In this document: positions 44,910-51,643 of the stretch, piece by piece
How the letters are laid out: each line of letters begins with the position of its first letter
Position numbering within the stretch: the first letter of the stretch is position 1
Source of the DNA: Escherichia phage egaa
Sequence record: NC_049852.1
DNA length: 51,643 bases
Strand: one strand, 5' to 3'
The notes under the pieces: generated by a model
What the model saw: the letters and a program-made list of their open reading frames with translations, nothing else
Told to the model about the DNA's origin: nothing
Database searches by the model: none
Program-made: the position numbers and the translations under genes

Positions 44910-45037
44910 TACAGACCTCTACCCTTCCACAAGTTGTACATTTCGAAATAGTGAATTGCTGTTTCAGTATCGCCGCGCTCTAATGCTTCCTCTTGCTTCT
45001 GTGCGCACCACTGCGACGGTTTTATGTAGCTATCCAT
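44909..45037 (-). CDS. small hypothetical protein (42 aa), not in ORF track
   Basis: ATG 45037 with RBS tAAGGTGAttcaATG; stop overlaps next start (TAATG); MDSYIKPSQWCAQKQEEALERGDTETAIHYFEMYNLWKGRGL. Confidence 0.35.
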   Translation of the reverse strand: MDSYIKPSQWCAQKQEEALERGDTETAIHYFEMYNLWKGRGL

Positions 45038-45049
45038 TGAATCACCTTA

Positions 45050-45092
45050 CCTAAAAAAAATGCCTCGTCAAAATGCGTCCTATTCGCTGTAT
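45050..45092 (-). terminator. intrinsic terminator closing the leftward early operon
   Basis: minus strand atgcctca-(22 nt)-gacgaggcat followed by TTTTTTTT. Confidence 0.55.
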
Positions 45093-45109
45093 GAGGCATT
45101 CAATTTTAA

Positions 45110-45424
45110 TTAAAAATCGTCGAGCAACTCACGAAAGTTGTTAAGCGTTGCAACCTTAGCGCAATCCCACTCCGTCGATCCAGCTTCTTCCCACGGAGAA
45201 CCAGGCCCGTGATTTGTCATGTCGTCGATTAGTGATGAAATTTCATCAACAACAATCTCTTTCAAATGCTCTCTGTGCTCTATGTCTTCCACTGGCTCAA
45301 AAGCCTGAATAACACCGCCTAAAACCTGTTGCTGGGCTTTTGCCTTGTCAAAATCATCATGAATGAAACGATGCTCTTTCTTGTTCTCGTTTGTCCCTAT
45401 CTGGTAGTAGTGAATGTAAATCAT
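45110..45424 (-). CDS. hypothetical acidic protein (104 aa)
   Basis: ORF track; ATGA overlap with upstream gene. Confidence 0.6.
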   Translation of the reverse strand: MIYIHYYQIGTNENKKEHRFIHDDFDKAKAQQQVLGGVIQAFEPVEDIEHREHLKEIVVDEISSLIDDMTNHGPGSPWEEAGSTEWDCAKVATLNNFRELLDDF

Positions 45425-45654
45425 AATCCTGCATCCTCCGCAGTCTCGTTTTTGCGCTTCCAGTCTTCAATAGCTTTCTGAATGTATCCTGCCTCGTTAC
45501 GCCAGGCGGCAGTTTCTGCCGCTCGCGTTGGTGCTGGTGTGAGTTGACGACAAATCTGATCCGCAACCTCACCCATAGCGCCTTCCATACCAAAGCCAGA
45601 AATGTAGCACATAACTTGATATGCTTGCTTCTCTGAAAGGTTAATCGTGATCAT
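45421..45654 (-). CDS. hypothetical protein (77 aa)
   Basis: In-frame ATG (codon 7 of track ORF 45421-45672) overlapping upstream stop (ATGA). Confidence 0.55.
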   Translation of the reverse strand: MITINLSEKQAYQVMCYISGFGMEGAMGEVADQICRQLTPAPTRAAETAAWRNEAGYIQKAIEDWKRKNETAEDAGL

Positions 45655-45863
45655 TCTTCTACTACCTCGCATTCGTCATGGTTTACGCCGATGTTATCAC
45701 CGATTCGAATTTCTTCTGTGTTGCGGATTGCTAACACGCAGTAAGAACCATCGCGAAAGAATCCGTCAACCTCTACAATGTCACCAACTTTGAACCCGCA
45801 TTGTTCAAGGGTAATGCTTCCGTCGTTGCGGTCAATGTCAACCCTGGTAATTCGAATTTTCAC
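45651..45863 (-). CDS. hypothetical protein (70 aa, GTG start)
   Basis: ORF track; RBS aGAGGAaataaaaGTG; 58 nt downstream of promoter element. Confidence 0.55.
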   Translation of the reverse strand: MKIRITRVDIDRNDGSITLEQCGFKVGDIVEVDGFFRDGSYCVLAIRNTEEIRIGDNIGVNHDECEVVEE

Positions 45864-45894
45864 TTTTATTTCCTCTGTTTCGCTTCAATGAGGA

Positions 45895-45940
45895 CACTTT
45901 AACAAATGCCCTCGCGGAAGTTTTAACAAAAAGTGCTATT
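45895..45940 (-). promoter_or_regulatory. conserved 20-bp element (minus orientation); -10 not clearly assignable
   Basis: rc of 45921-45940 = aatagcactttttgttaaaa overlapping the stop of 45939-46226. Confidence 0.5.
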
Positions 45941-46226
45941 AGCTCATGTAATAGATTTCATCGCGCACAAAATCGTCAAAATCAGATTGCGTTAATGGTC
46001 GATCCTCTAATGCTGCCTGCTCAATCATTTCAACCAGGGCGCAATCCATATCAAGGTAATGCGCATCAAGATCATACCATGAAGCCATTTCACGCGCCCA
46101 GGAGCGGCAATTCTTGAATCCGTAACGGCGGATACAGTTTGCTGTGTGAAATGAGTCATTCCAGCCACGCTCAAGCGCTGCCTTTTCGAATGCGTTAATC
46201 AACATTTTACGATTGCTTTTAGCCAT
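45939..46226 (-). CDS. hypothetical protein (95 aa)
   Basis: In-frame ATG (codon 9 of track ORF) with RBS aAAGGAGGaaacaaaATG. Confidence 0.6.
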   Translation of the reverse strand: MAKSNRKMLINAFEKAALERGWNDSFHTANCIRRYGFKNCRSWAREMASWYDLDAHYLDMDCALVEMIEQAALEDRPLTQSDFDDFVRDEIYYMS

Positions 46227-46269
46227 TTTGTTTCCTCCTTTTAGCGCCACCTGAGCGGCGCGGTTAACA

Positions 46270-46449
46270 TTACTTCTTTTTTCCGGTCAGCATGTAACGC
46301 TTTCCGTTTTCGAATCCATCACAATAGCCAGCATACCCGCCAGCCATGAAGATAATCAACCCGCCGATTGACTCAACAATGCCGCTATAATTATATGCCA
46401 GGTAGCAACCAGCGATAAGGGCAATAAAAATGATAATTACTCTTTTCAT
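46270..46449 (-). CDS. small membrane protein (59 aa)
   Basis: In-frame ATG (codon 8) overlapping upstream stop (ATGA); hydrophobic VIIIFIALIAGCYLAY and GGLIIFMAGGYAGY segments. Confidence 0.55.
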   Translation of the reverse strand: MKRVIIIFIALIAGCYLAYNYSGIVESIGGLIIFMAGGYAGYCDGFENGKRYMLTGKKK

Positions 46450-46709
46450 TCGTGATCCCACACATCGCATTTTTTGACAACCAGCAAACGCAGCTTGTAA
46501 GGTCTGAACTTGTGCAACTTTTTAGCGTACTCACGCGCTTCGCTGTAGCTATTGAACTCCATAGCCCAAAAGCCGAAAGCATCATCCGTCAGATATTCCC
46601 AATCCCCACTAATAACGCGGCGGCGTTGCAGGTAATAAATCTTACATTCTGTGCAAGCAACGATCCGGTATTCAGGTTTAAAGATTCGTTTTAGTGCATT
46701 AAAAACCAT
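46446..46709 (-). CDS. hypothetical protein (87 aa)
   Basis: ORF track; RBS GTGAGGGccgcaatATG. Confidence 0.55.
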   Translation of the reverse strand: MVFNALKRIFKPEYRIVACTECKIYYLQRRRVISGDWEYLTDDAFGFWAMEFNSYSEAREYAKKLHKFRPYKLRLLVVKKCDVWDHE

Positions 46710-46822
46710 ATTGCGGCCCTCACTGAATAAACAACTAAGAGAATCAAGAATAACACAATCATTATTTCATGAAAATCAAATGGCGGCTTTGGATTGGTTG
46801 CGTTGTTGTTATTTCCCAGCAT
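46691..46822 (-). CDS. possible small membrane protein (43 aa)
   Basis: In-frame ATG (codon 32) of track ORF 46691-46915, chosen to avoid overlap with 46809-47210; hydrophobic C-terminus IMIVLFLILLVVYSV; weak RBS. Confidence 0.3.
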   Translation of the reverse strand: MLGNNNNATNPKPPFDFHEIMIVLFLILLVVYSVRAAIWFLMH

Positions 46823-47210
46823 TTCGCGCAATCCCTTTGTACATTCTGTAAAAATTACTGCCAGGCTTTTTGAACTTGATCGCATTTCGAGCAAGTCGGC
46901 GCATACGTCGCGCATCGTATCGCGCTCGCTGAAATGGTGTTTTCATTGTCTTAACATGACAGCCGCGATGATCGCTGATTCGCTCAAGCTCAATCAAAAC
47001 TCCTTGAGTTGCCACTACGCAATAATAATCAAATCCAAGACGGCGAGTTATTATATAGCCATTCTTGATGCGTGGGCGGCGAAAGTCTTTGCTGTACCCG
47101 CGATAAATACTATCCACCGTAACAACCTGACCCTTGCTAACTCCGCAATATTTATCTGCCCAGGTTACGCGAAATTTTGTTCCAACGCGAATGTCGTTAA
47201 GTTCTAACAT
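46809..47210 (-). CDS. hypothetical basic protein (133 aa), possibly nucleic-acid binding
   Basis: ORF track; RBS GAGAGGActtgaaacATG; Arg/Lys-rich C-terminus RRMRRLARNAIKFKK. Confidence 0.6.
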   Translation of the reverse strand: MLELNDIRVGTKFRVTWADKYCGVSKGQVVTVDSIYRGYSKDFRRPRIKNGYIITRRLGFDYYCVVATQGVLIELERISDHRGCHVKTMKTPFQRARYDARRMRRLARNAIKFKKPGSNFYRMYKGIARNAGK

Positions 47211-47241
47211 GTTTCAAGTCCTCTCGTTGATTGGTGTTTGC

Positions 47242-47286
47242 ATTATAGCGAGGCATTGCGCCCCGCTTTTAGCAATTCGTGCTATT
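47242..47286 (-). promoter_or_regulatory. variant element AATAGCACGAATTGCTAAAA + hairpin + TATAAT
   Basis: rc of 47267-47286 incl. TAG stop of kinase gene; TATAAT = rc of 47242-47247; ATG of 46809-47210 57 nt downstream. Confidence 0.55.
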
Positions 47287-47872
47287 CAATCTTTGTGTGT
47301 TTCCACTGCACCGATTTGATGATCTCGTCAACAGTCTTTTCTGGCTCGCCATCAATCATTGTGAAGTCGTAATGCTTGACTCGTTGATGGTATCCGCTCA
47401 GGTCAATATAGTTTCGCGAATCTCCATCAAACGTGAATCCCTCGCGATGCAGTCGGCAAATGTGAACTTCATGGCCTGCCTTAACGAGCGGCTTGATTTC
47501 TTCAGGGAATCCGCCATCACTAATTACAACAGCCAAATCTCTGTACATCTCGTGTACTTGCTCAACCATGCGATTCCCAAAATATTGATCGCCAAAAGCT
47601 GGCTTCATAACTTCTTCGCTAATCCAGATCATGAATTGTCGCGGAGACTTGCCTTGCAAGATTGCTTGAGGCTTTTCTTTCTGCTCGCGGTCGTTATACA
47701 GATCAATGAACTCGTCATATCTGTAAACGCCAAGCATGGAGAATGCAATATCAAACATCGGCTGTTTAAACGACGCTTCAACCGCTGCGTAACGATGGCC
47801 CGTTAAGTATGCGGCAAGCGTATCTTTGCCAACTCCTGGCGGTCCGTTAAGGATGATAATGTCTCGTTTCAT
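47282..47872 (-). CDS. deoxynucleoside monophosphate kinase-like P-loop kinase
   Basis: Walker A ILNGPPGVGKDT; overall resemblance (recalled) to T4 gp1 dNMP kinase; in-frame ATG at codon 6 with GGAG upstream. Confidence 0.6.
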   Translation of the reverse strand: MKRDIIILNGPPGVGKDTLAAYLTGHRYAAVEASFKQPMFDIAFSMLGVYRYDEFIDLYNDREQKEKPQAILQGKSPRQFMIWISEEVMKPAFGDQYFGNRMVEQVHEMYRDLAVVISDGGFPEEIKPLVKAGHEVHICRLHREGFTFDGDSRNYIDLSGYHQRVKHYDFTMIDGEPEKTVDEIIKSVQWKHTKIE

Positions 47873-47873
47873 A

Positions 47874-48011
47874 TTAGTTGTCTCCATATCGGCTTGAATG
47901 TTTACCTGGGCGCTGTCGCTTTTTGCGATAGCGTTGATTCATCTCTTGGCGCTCGTGGTAGCTGTATCGCTTCTTTTTGGATACGATTTTTTCGAAGTTT
48001 CGCATCTTCAT
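47874..48011 (-). CDS. small highly basic protein (45 aa), not in ORF track
   Basis: Translated directly: MKMRNFEKIVSKKKRYSYHERQEMNQRYRKKRQRPGKHSSRYGDN; stop TAA abuts kinase ATG; weak RBS. Confidence 0.3.
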   Translation of the reverse strand: MKMRNFEKIVSKKKRYSYHERQEMNQRYRKKRQRPGKHSSRYGDN

Positions 48012-48066
48012 GATCTCATGTTGTTATCTCAACATAGCGCACTGCATGAATGCGCTATAGTAAGAG

Positions 48067-48252
48067 TCACCACTTAAAGCCGCTTTCATCCCGTACAATC
48101 TGGTAAAGCGCCACCCAAAACCACACAAACCAGAACATCAGAACAAGAGGCTGATCTTTATCAGTGCAATCACACTCTTTAACCAATGCGCGGAAGATGA
48201 ATAAACCTGAAATATAAAAGAAAACCACTAAAAATACAAGTAACCAAATCAT
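48067..48252 (-). CDS. small membrane protein (61 aa)
   Basis: Two hydrophobic helices (IWLLVFLVVFFYISGLFIF; LVLMFWFVWFWVALY); RBS AAGGAGtcaacaaATG; ATGA overlap. Confidence 0.6.
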   Translation of the reverse strand: MIWLLVFLVVFFYISGLFIFRALVKECDCTDKDQPLVLMFWFVWFWVALYQIVRDESGFKW

Positions 48253-48512
48253 TTGTTGACTCCTTCAATTACCAGCGTGTAAAGCAGAACTGGATTTTGC
48301 ATGTCGCTTCGGCGCGGCTCTCGTGGCGAATCTGGCCATGCGCATTTCCCGTTTGCCACAATATAACCCACCAGATCACTAAGTTTTGATATACCGTCTC
48401 GACTAATCACGTTGTATGCAACGTCTTCGCCGTCAATGGAATGGATAGCAAAGAAACTTGGCGCGCCGTCAATCTTGCCTACCGCTTTGAAAAACTCAAC
48501 TTTATTAACCAT
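48249..48512 (-). CDS. hypothetical protein (87 aa)
   Basis: ORF track; RBS aacGAGGAttaaatcATG, 57 nt downstream of element variant. Confidence 0.6.
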   Translation of the reverse strand: MVNKVEFFKAVGKIDGAPSFFAIHSIDGEDVAYNVISRDGISKLSDLVGYIVANGKCAWPDSPREPRRSDMQNPVLLYTLVIEGVNK

Positions 48513-48543
48513 GATTTAATCCTCGTTTGTTGTCGATGGGCTT

Positions 48544-48588
48544 ACTATACCGCAAGCCCGATAATCTGTTTTTGCAAAAAGTGCTACT
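48544..48588 (-). promoter_or_regulatory. variant element AGTAGCACTTTTTGCAAAAA + 22-nt spacer + TATAGT
   Basis: rc of 48569-48588 incl. TAG stop of small ORF; leader CATCGACAACAAACGAGGA conserved. Confidence 0.55.
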
Positions 48589-48745
48589 TACGAACGCAGA
48601 ATACTTCAACTTCTTTATCGTTATCTGACATATGCAAAATTACTTGCTCTCTCGCGGCCTGACATCTTGATTCACCGTGGAACTCGCGAGACTCAATTGC
48701 GGCTGAATTGTAGCTTGTGATAATCACAAATAGAATCCAGGTCAT
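48584..48745 (-). CDS. small protein (53 aa) with hydrophobic N-terminus, not in ORF track
   Basis: ATG 48745 overlapping upstream stop (ATGA) with RBS GGAGGAattgaaATG; MTWILFVIITSYNSAAIESREFHGESRCQAAREQVILHMSDNDKEVEVFCVRK. Confidence 0.5.
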   Translation of the reverse strand: MTWILFVIITSYNSAAIESREFHGESRCQAAREQVILHMSDNDKEVEVFCVRK

Positions 48746-49281
48746 TTCAATTCCTCCACGCCATGCGATTGGATATGATTATGTGGCTTGTCGTATTCCG
48801 TGACCTGATAGGTTGTGATTCCCAGGCTGCGGAAGTGATTAACCACGTTCGGCGAATCATCAAAAGCGCACACGATGTTTTCTAGGCCGATAGCGCGCAA
48901 GACTTCTTCTTTGATGATCGTGTCTTTTCGGTTGTCTTCCTTGCGTCGCATGATTAACGCGTCGTACTTGATGCCGTTTTCGTTAAGCCATTTGCAGGTG
49001 TCCTCAATCACTTCATCGCTACGTCCGGTCAGGATAACGATGGCAAATCCTGACATCCACAATCCGTTAACCACTGCAACCGTGCTCTTAATCGGCGAAT
49101 CTCCAACAGCCGCTTTGTTGAACTCAGACCAGCTTTCTGTAAGGTGTAAATCTTCTGTCGGCAGCAGATGCAAGCGATGAGTCCCATCGGATAACGTGCC
49201 GTCAAGGTCAACGACAACAATCGGCTTGCTCGTGGAAAAATGGTATTTGCTTCCCCAAAGTTCAAATTCGTATTTTTTCAT
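48742..49281 (-). CDS. HAD-family phosphatase resembling the 3'-phosphatase domain of T4 polynucleotide kinase
   Basis: VVVDLDGTL (DxDGT), ILTGRSDEV, MRRKEDNRKDTIIKEEVL, AFDDSPNVVNHF align to recalled T4 Pnk phosphatase motifs; in-frame ATG at codon 6 (track start TTG). Confidence 0.7.
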   Translation of the reverse strand: MKKYEFELWGSKYHFSTSKPIVVVDLDGTLSDGTHRLHLLPTEDLHLTESWSEFNKAAVGDSPIKSTVAVVNGLWMSGFAIVILTGRSDEVIEDTCKWLNENGIKYDALIMRRKEDNRKDTIIKEEVLRAIGLENIVCAFDDSPNVVNHFRSLGITTYQVTEYDKPHNHIQSHGVEELK

Positions 49282-49292
49282 TATCAAACCTA

Positions 49293-49514
49293 TCAATTAA
49301 AATGGATTTGCTTGTATTCGATTTCATCTGCCAGATCATTTAACTTATCCGCCAGCTTGCGCACCTGGTCAGCGGTGAGTATCGACCTAAAATCCGGTCT
49401 GCGACCACCTTCAAACGTGCCATCAATAAACACTCTATCGCCGAACTTATATACTTCAAGTGCATCGCCATGATTATCAATAAACTTGTGCTTAACGCGC
49501 TTATTTGTTTCCAT
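49293..49514 (-). CDS. hypothetical protein (73 aa)
   Basis: ORF track; RBS aaGAGGTGAaagATG. Confidence 0.6.
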   Translation of the reverse strand: METNKRVKHKFIDNHGDALEVYKFGDRVFIDGTFEGGRRPDFRSILTADQVRKLADKLNDLADEIEYKQIHFN

Positions 49515-49731
49515 CTTTCACCTCTTCAAATTCAGCAATTACCATAGCGTGCGCCATAACCTTAGTGCCTTCGCCACCGTTCAGGAACATGCGATGCCCT
49601 TTACTATTGCTCACGTAAAAAGATCCGGTTGATGATTTCAACTTTTGCGCCATATAGATTTCGCCAGGCTTGAACATGCCAGAGCAACCATAGTTAACGG
49701 AAATGCATTTCATCTTCTTGTTAATGTACAT
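49501..49731 (-). CDS. hypothetical Cys-containing protein (76 aa)
   Basis: In-frame ATG (codon 22 of track ORF 49501-49794) with RBS cgAAGGAGataaaacgATG; track start lies inside promoter element. Confidence 0.55.
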   Translation of the reverse strand: MYINKKMKCISVNYGCSGMFKPGEIYMAQKLKSSTGSFYVSNSKGHRMFLNGGEGTKVMAHAMVIAEFEEVKDGNK

Positions 49732-49760
49732 CGTTTTATCTCCTTCGTTGAAAGTGAGGC

Positions 49761-49804
49761 CATTATACTTGGCCCCACATTTGAGTTTTAACAATTCGTG
49801 CTAT
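49761..49804 (-). promoter_or_regulatory. variant element AATAGCACGAATTGTTAAAA + spacer + TATAAT
   Basis: rc of 49785-49804; TATAAT = rc of 49761-49766. Confidence 0.55.
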
Positions 49805-49872
49805 TTAATAATGCATTAGGATGTATAAAAACAGTCCTATCCAGCCTGCAATGTGCATCAACGTGTAAATGC

Positions 49873-50760
49873 TCATGCTCTAACCTTCCACTTAACCATC
49901 GTTCCGCGCTTGATGCTAATCTCACCAGCAACTGTACGGTTTTTTGCGCTACCGTAATGAAGCAGAAGAATAACAACATCATCATGAATCTCGATCGTCT
50001 TTGGTTTTGCCGTTACTTCAAACCACATACCATCATCAAGCTGAACTCCTTTTAGCGTGGCGGCAACTGGCATGTCTTCAATTGCGCCCTGCGTTACGAT
50101 TTCTTGATTTGCAAAGGCGCTCTTATCAATACGCCAGCCTCCAGGCGCTTTCATTTCAACGGCTGCCTTGTGGATCTCCTCGCCAATGATTTTTTGAATT
50201 GACGTCTTTCCGCCGCCGAATGGTGTTTCTCCAAACAAGTGTTTTGTAATGTCTTCCACGTAGTACACCTTATCTTTTTCATTGTGCGGATTGAATTTGT
50301 TGTGACCATTAACAAAGAAATCAACTTTCAACTCTGATTTCTGACCATCGCTATAAACGCCATTGTCGCGCGATGTGAACCTGATTGTTGAACCGCCACA
50401 ATGAAAAACAATCGGATACTTGATATTGTCCACACTTAAGCACCACAATTTTTTGTAGTCGCAGGTTTTCATATCTACCGTATGAATCTCTGCGCGTTCA
50501 GGCGAGCGCGCTGGTAACACCTGGCCTTTATATGGCTTGTAGTGAAAACATGTGTATCCTGGCATTGCGTAACCGTAGTCTCTGAGTGAGTTGTAGTGTT
50601 TATTGTGCGCTTCAATGAAGTGTTCAATCTCCATTGTTGAAGCGTTTGGACTTCCGTATTCGTTAAACTTAGTGCATGTCTTCTCGTCGGTAAACATGAA
50701 ATGACCAACGCCGCGAGATTCGAAGGTGATCGGGAATTTAATGTTAGCAAGTTTTAACAT
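49873..50760 (-). CDS. hypothetical early protein (295 aa)
   Basis: ORF track; RBS AAGGAGaaagtaccATG; contains FGGGKTS (not a canonical Walker A); no confident family assignment. Confidence 0.7.
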   Translation of the reverse strand: MLKLANIKFPITFESRGVGHFMFTDEKTCTKFNEYGSPNASTMEIEHFIEAHNKHYNSLRDYGYAMPGYTCFHYKPYKGQVLPARSPERAEIHTVDMKTCDYKKLWCLSVDNIKYPIVFHCGGSTIRFTSRDNGVYSDGQKSELKVDFFVNGHNKFNPHNEKDKVYYVEDITKHLFGETPFGGGKTSIQKIIGEEIHKAAVEMKAPGGWRIDKSAFANQEIVTQGAIEDMPVAATLKGVQLDDGMWFEVTAKPKTIEIHDDVVILLLHYGSAKNRTVAGEISIKRGTMVKWKVRA

Positions 50761-50814
50761 GGTACTTTCTCCTTATTGGTTTAACTGGGCGACGCCGTGC
50801 CGCCCTATGTGATT

Positions 50815-50860
50815 TATTATGCCTGGTTATCGTTTTTGAGTTTTAACAAAAAGTGCTATT
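50815..50860 (-). promoter_or_regulatory. conserved 20-bp element (minus) + 23-nt spacer + ATAATA
   Basis: rc of 50841-50860 overlapping TAA stop of 50860-51045; hairpin gggcggc-acggcgt-cgccc in leader. Confidence 0.55.
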
Positions 50861-51045
50861 TAGAATTTTACCTCTTCCACAAGCTCGACCATTTTATAAC
50901 CAAGACGATAAGAGTCACCGAACAACAAGATCCCCATAAATTCATCGTGGCTTATTGACTCTTTGCCAACCGTTCTAAGCTCGCCGTTGTGAATCACAGT
51001 ATCGCCGATCTTGATTTCTGATTTATGGACTAATTTCGTTTTCAT
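50860..51045 (-). CDS. hypothetical protein (61 aa)
   Basis: ORF track; RBS gcAGGTGAataaATG. Confidence 0.55.
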   Translation of the reverse strand: MKTKLVHKSEIKIGDTVIHNGELRTVGKESISHDEFMGILLFGDSYRLGYKMVELVEEVKF

Positions 51046-51060
51046 TTATTCACCTGCTAA

Positions 51061-51246
51061 TTAAAAGAAAGCCACATAGTTTGCAATGCCTTTTGCGTCG
51101 TCGTTTGGCATTGCTTTTACAGCCATGTCATAACCTGCCTCTACCTTCTGCTTTGCTGCTTCTTCGTTGTATCCCCAGATAACCAGGATTTTAACTACGT
51201 TTTCTTTGTTCAGGACTTTAAGGTCTTTGGTGATGCGACGTGCCAT
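51061..51246 (-). CDS. hypothetical protein (61 aa)
   Basis: ORF track; RBS ttGAGGAaacaaaaATG; 58 nt downstream of element. Confidence 0.6.
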   Translation of the reverse strand: MARRITKDLKVLNKENVVKILVIWGYNEEAAKQKVEAGYDMAVKAMPNDDAKGIANYVAFF

Positions 51247-51277
51247 TTTTGTTTCCTCAATCTCGTTTCGATGAGGC

Positions 51278-51323
51278 TATTATGCCAGGTTTTGCGCCTG
51301 GCGTTTTAACAAAAAGTGCTATT
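51278..51323 (-). promoter_or_regulatory. conserved 20-bp element (minus) + hairpin spacer + ATAATA
   Basis: rc of 51304-51323 exact 20-mer; hairpin gccagg-cgcaaaa-cctggc; leader CATCGAAACGAGA...GAGGA. Confidence 0.6.
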
Positions 51324-51328
51324 TCCGC

Positions 51329-51577
51329 TCAGAGTCCGACATTCTCCTCATCGAATGCAGCCACAAGCCTTGCAAATACCGGATCTCTAGGCATTTCAAT
51401 TTCAATGACTTTGATTTCTCTTCCGCATAGGCTTGTGTAAATCTCGCTCGCATCAGATAGCATGTCGCTAAACTCCTGCGCGGTGATTTCACATGCGGTC
51501 AAGTGGAAATCAACCAGTTTGTTAAAGCCAATTTCATCAATTTTTTCCATCAGTTCATCAAGAGTAAGTTTGCTCAT
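51329..51577 (-). CDS. hypothetical acidic protein (82 aa)
   Basis: In-frame ATG (codon 6 of track ORF) with RBS atGAGGAGtaataaaATG. Confidence 0.55.
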   Translation of the reverse strand: MSKLTLDELMEKIDEIGFNKLVDFHLTACEITAQEFSDMLSDASEIYTSLCGREIKVIEIEMPRDPVFARLVAAFDEENVGL

Positions 51578-51581
51578 TTTA

Positions 51582-51643
51582 TTACTCCTCATCGGTAAGA
51601 TATGTTTCTTTAATGATCGCGTGAAAGTCTGCGATCGCCTTAG
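51582..51643 (-). CDS. C-terminal fragment of a gene entering from beyond the window end (probable continuation of the 1-406 ORF across a circular junction)
   Basis: Frame starting at 51641 reads KAIADFHAIIKETYLTDEE-stop, TAA at 51582-51584 overlapping the RBS of the next gene; this frame joins in phase with the 1-406 ORF. Confidence 0.4.
   Translation of the reverse strand, partial: KAIADFHAIIKETYLTDEE

Noticed and set aside
45357-45593. Track ORF 45357-45593 (-), 78 aa
   Set aside because: Out-of-frame overlap with 45421-45654 and 45110-45424, which are linked by ATGA overlaps
49788-50055. Track ORFs 49788-49985 (-) and 49798-50055 (+)
   Set aside because: Overlap the 3' end of 49873-50760 and the promoter element at 49785-49804
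1-51643. Temperate-phage or mobile-element features (integrase, repressor, att sites, transposase), CRISPR arrays, tRNA genes
   Set aside because: No tyrosine/serine recombinase-like ORF, no regularly spaced direct repeats with unique spacers, no obvious tRNA cloverleaf or T-loop consensus in the non-coding regions inspected; content fits a virulent T1-like phage

Overview
The window reads as an essentially complete, circularly permuted genome of a virulent T1-like siphovirus (Drexlerviridae-like) of an enterobacterial host. No integrase, repressor, tRNA, CRISPR array or IS element was seen. All assignments are from motifs and gene order read by eye; no database search was run, and coordinates I derived myself (anything not in the ORF track) may be off by 1-2 nt.

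Layout:
- 407-1082: ORF-free hub between divergent early operons, with a CA-rich G-poor tract and an inverted iteron array.
- 1083-7578 (+): rightward early genes, mostly small unknowns, plus a putative DNA methyltransferase and a 527-aa P-loop protein.
- 7592-14007 (-): lysis cassette (u-spanin, SAR-type endolysin, holin), HTH-metallophosphoesterase, Dam methylase, VRR-NUC nuclease, SF2 helicase.
- 14097-19986 (+): HTH protein, primase, a side tail fiber with C-terminal S74 chaperone domain, a glycine-rich protein.
- 20001-22624 (-): SSB, Erf-like annealing protein, RecE-like exonuclease.
- 22625-23125: second ORF-free region sharing the CA-rich tract.
- 23126-23353 (+): Llp/Cor-like lipoprotein.
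- 23383-44909 (-): late block, from tail tip through tape measure, G/GT chaperone, capsid, portal and terminase.
- 45110-51643 (-): leftward early genes, including a dNMP kinase and a Pnk-like HAD phosphatase; this block appears to wrap into 1-406.

The most notable signal is a 20-bp element, AATAGCACTTTTTGTTAAAA, present in about 19 copies. It sits about 57 nt upstream of start codons, is followed after 21-23 bp by a -10-like hexamer, and often contains the TAG stop of the preceding gene. It looks like a phage-specific promoter cassette. Other findings include a G/GT -1 frameshift site (A_AAA_AAC), several strongly supported ORFs under 60 aa that the track misses, and a gene that appears to span the window ends.
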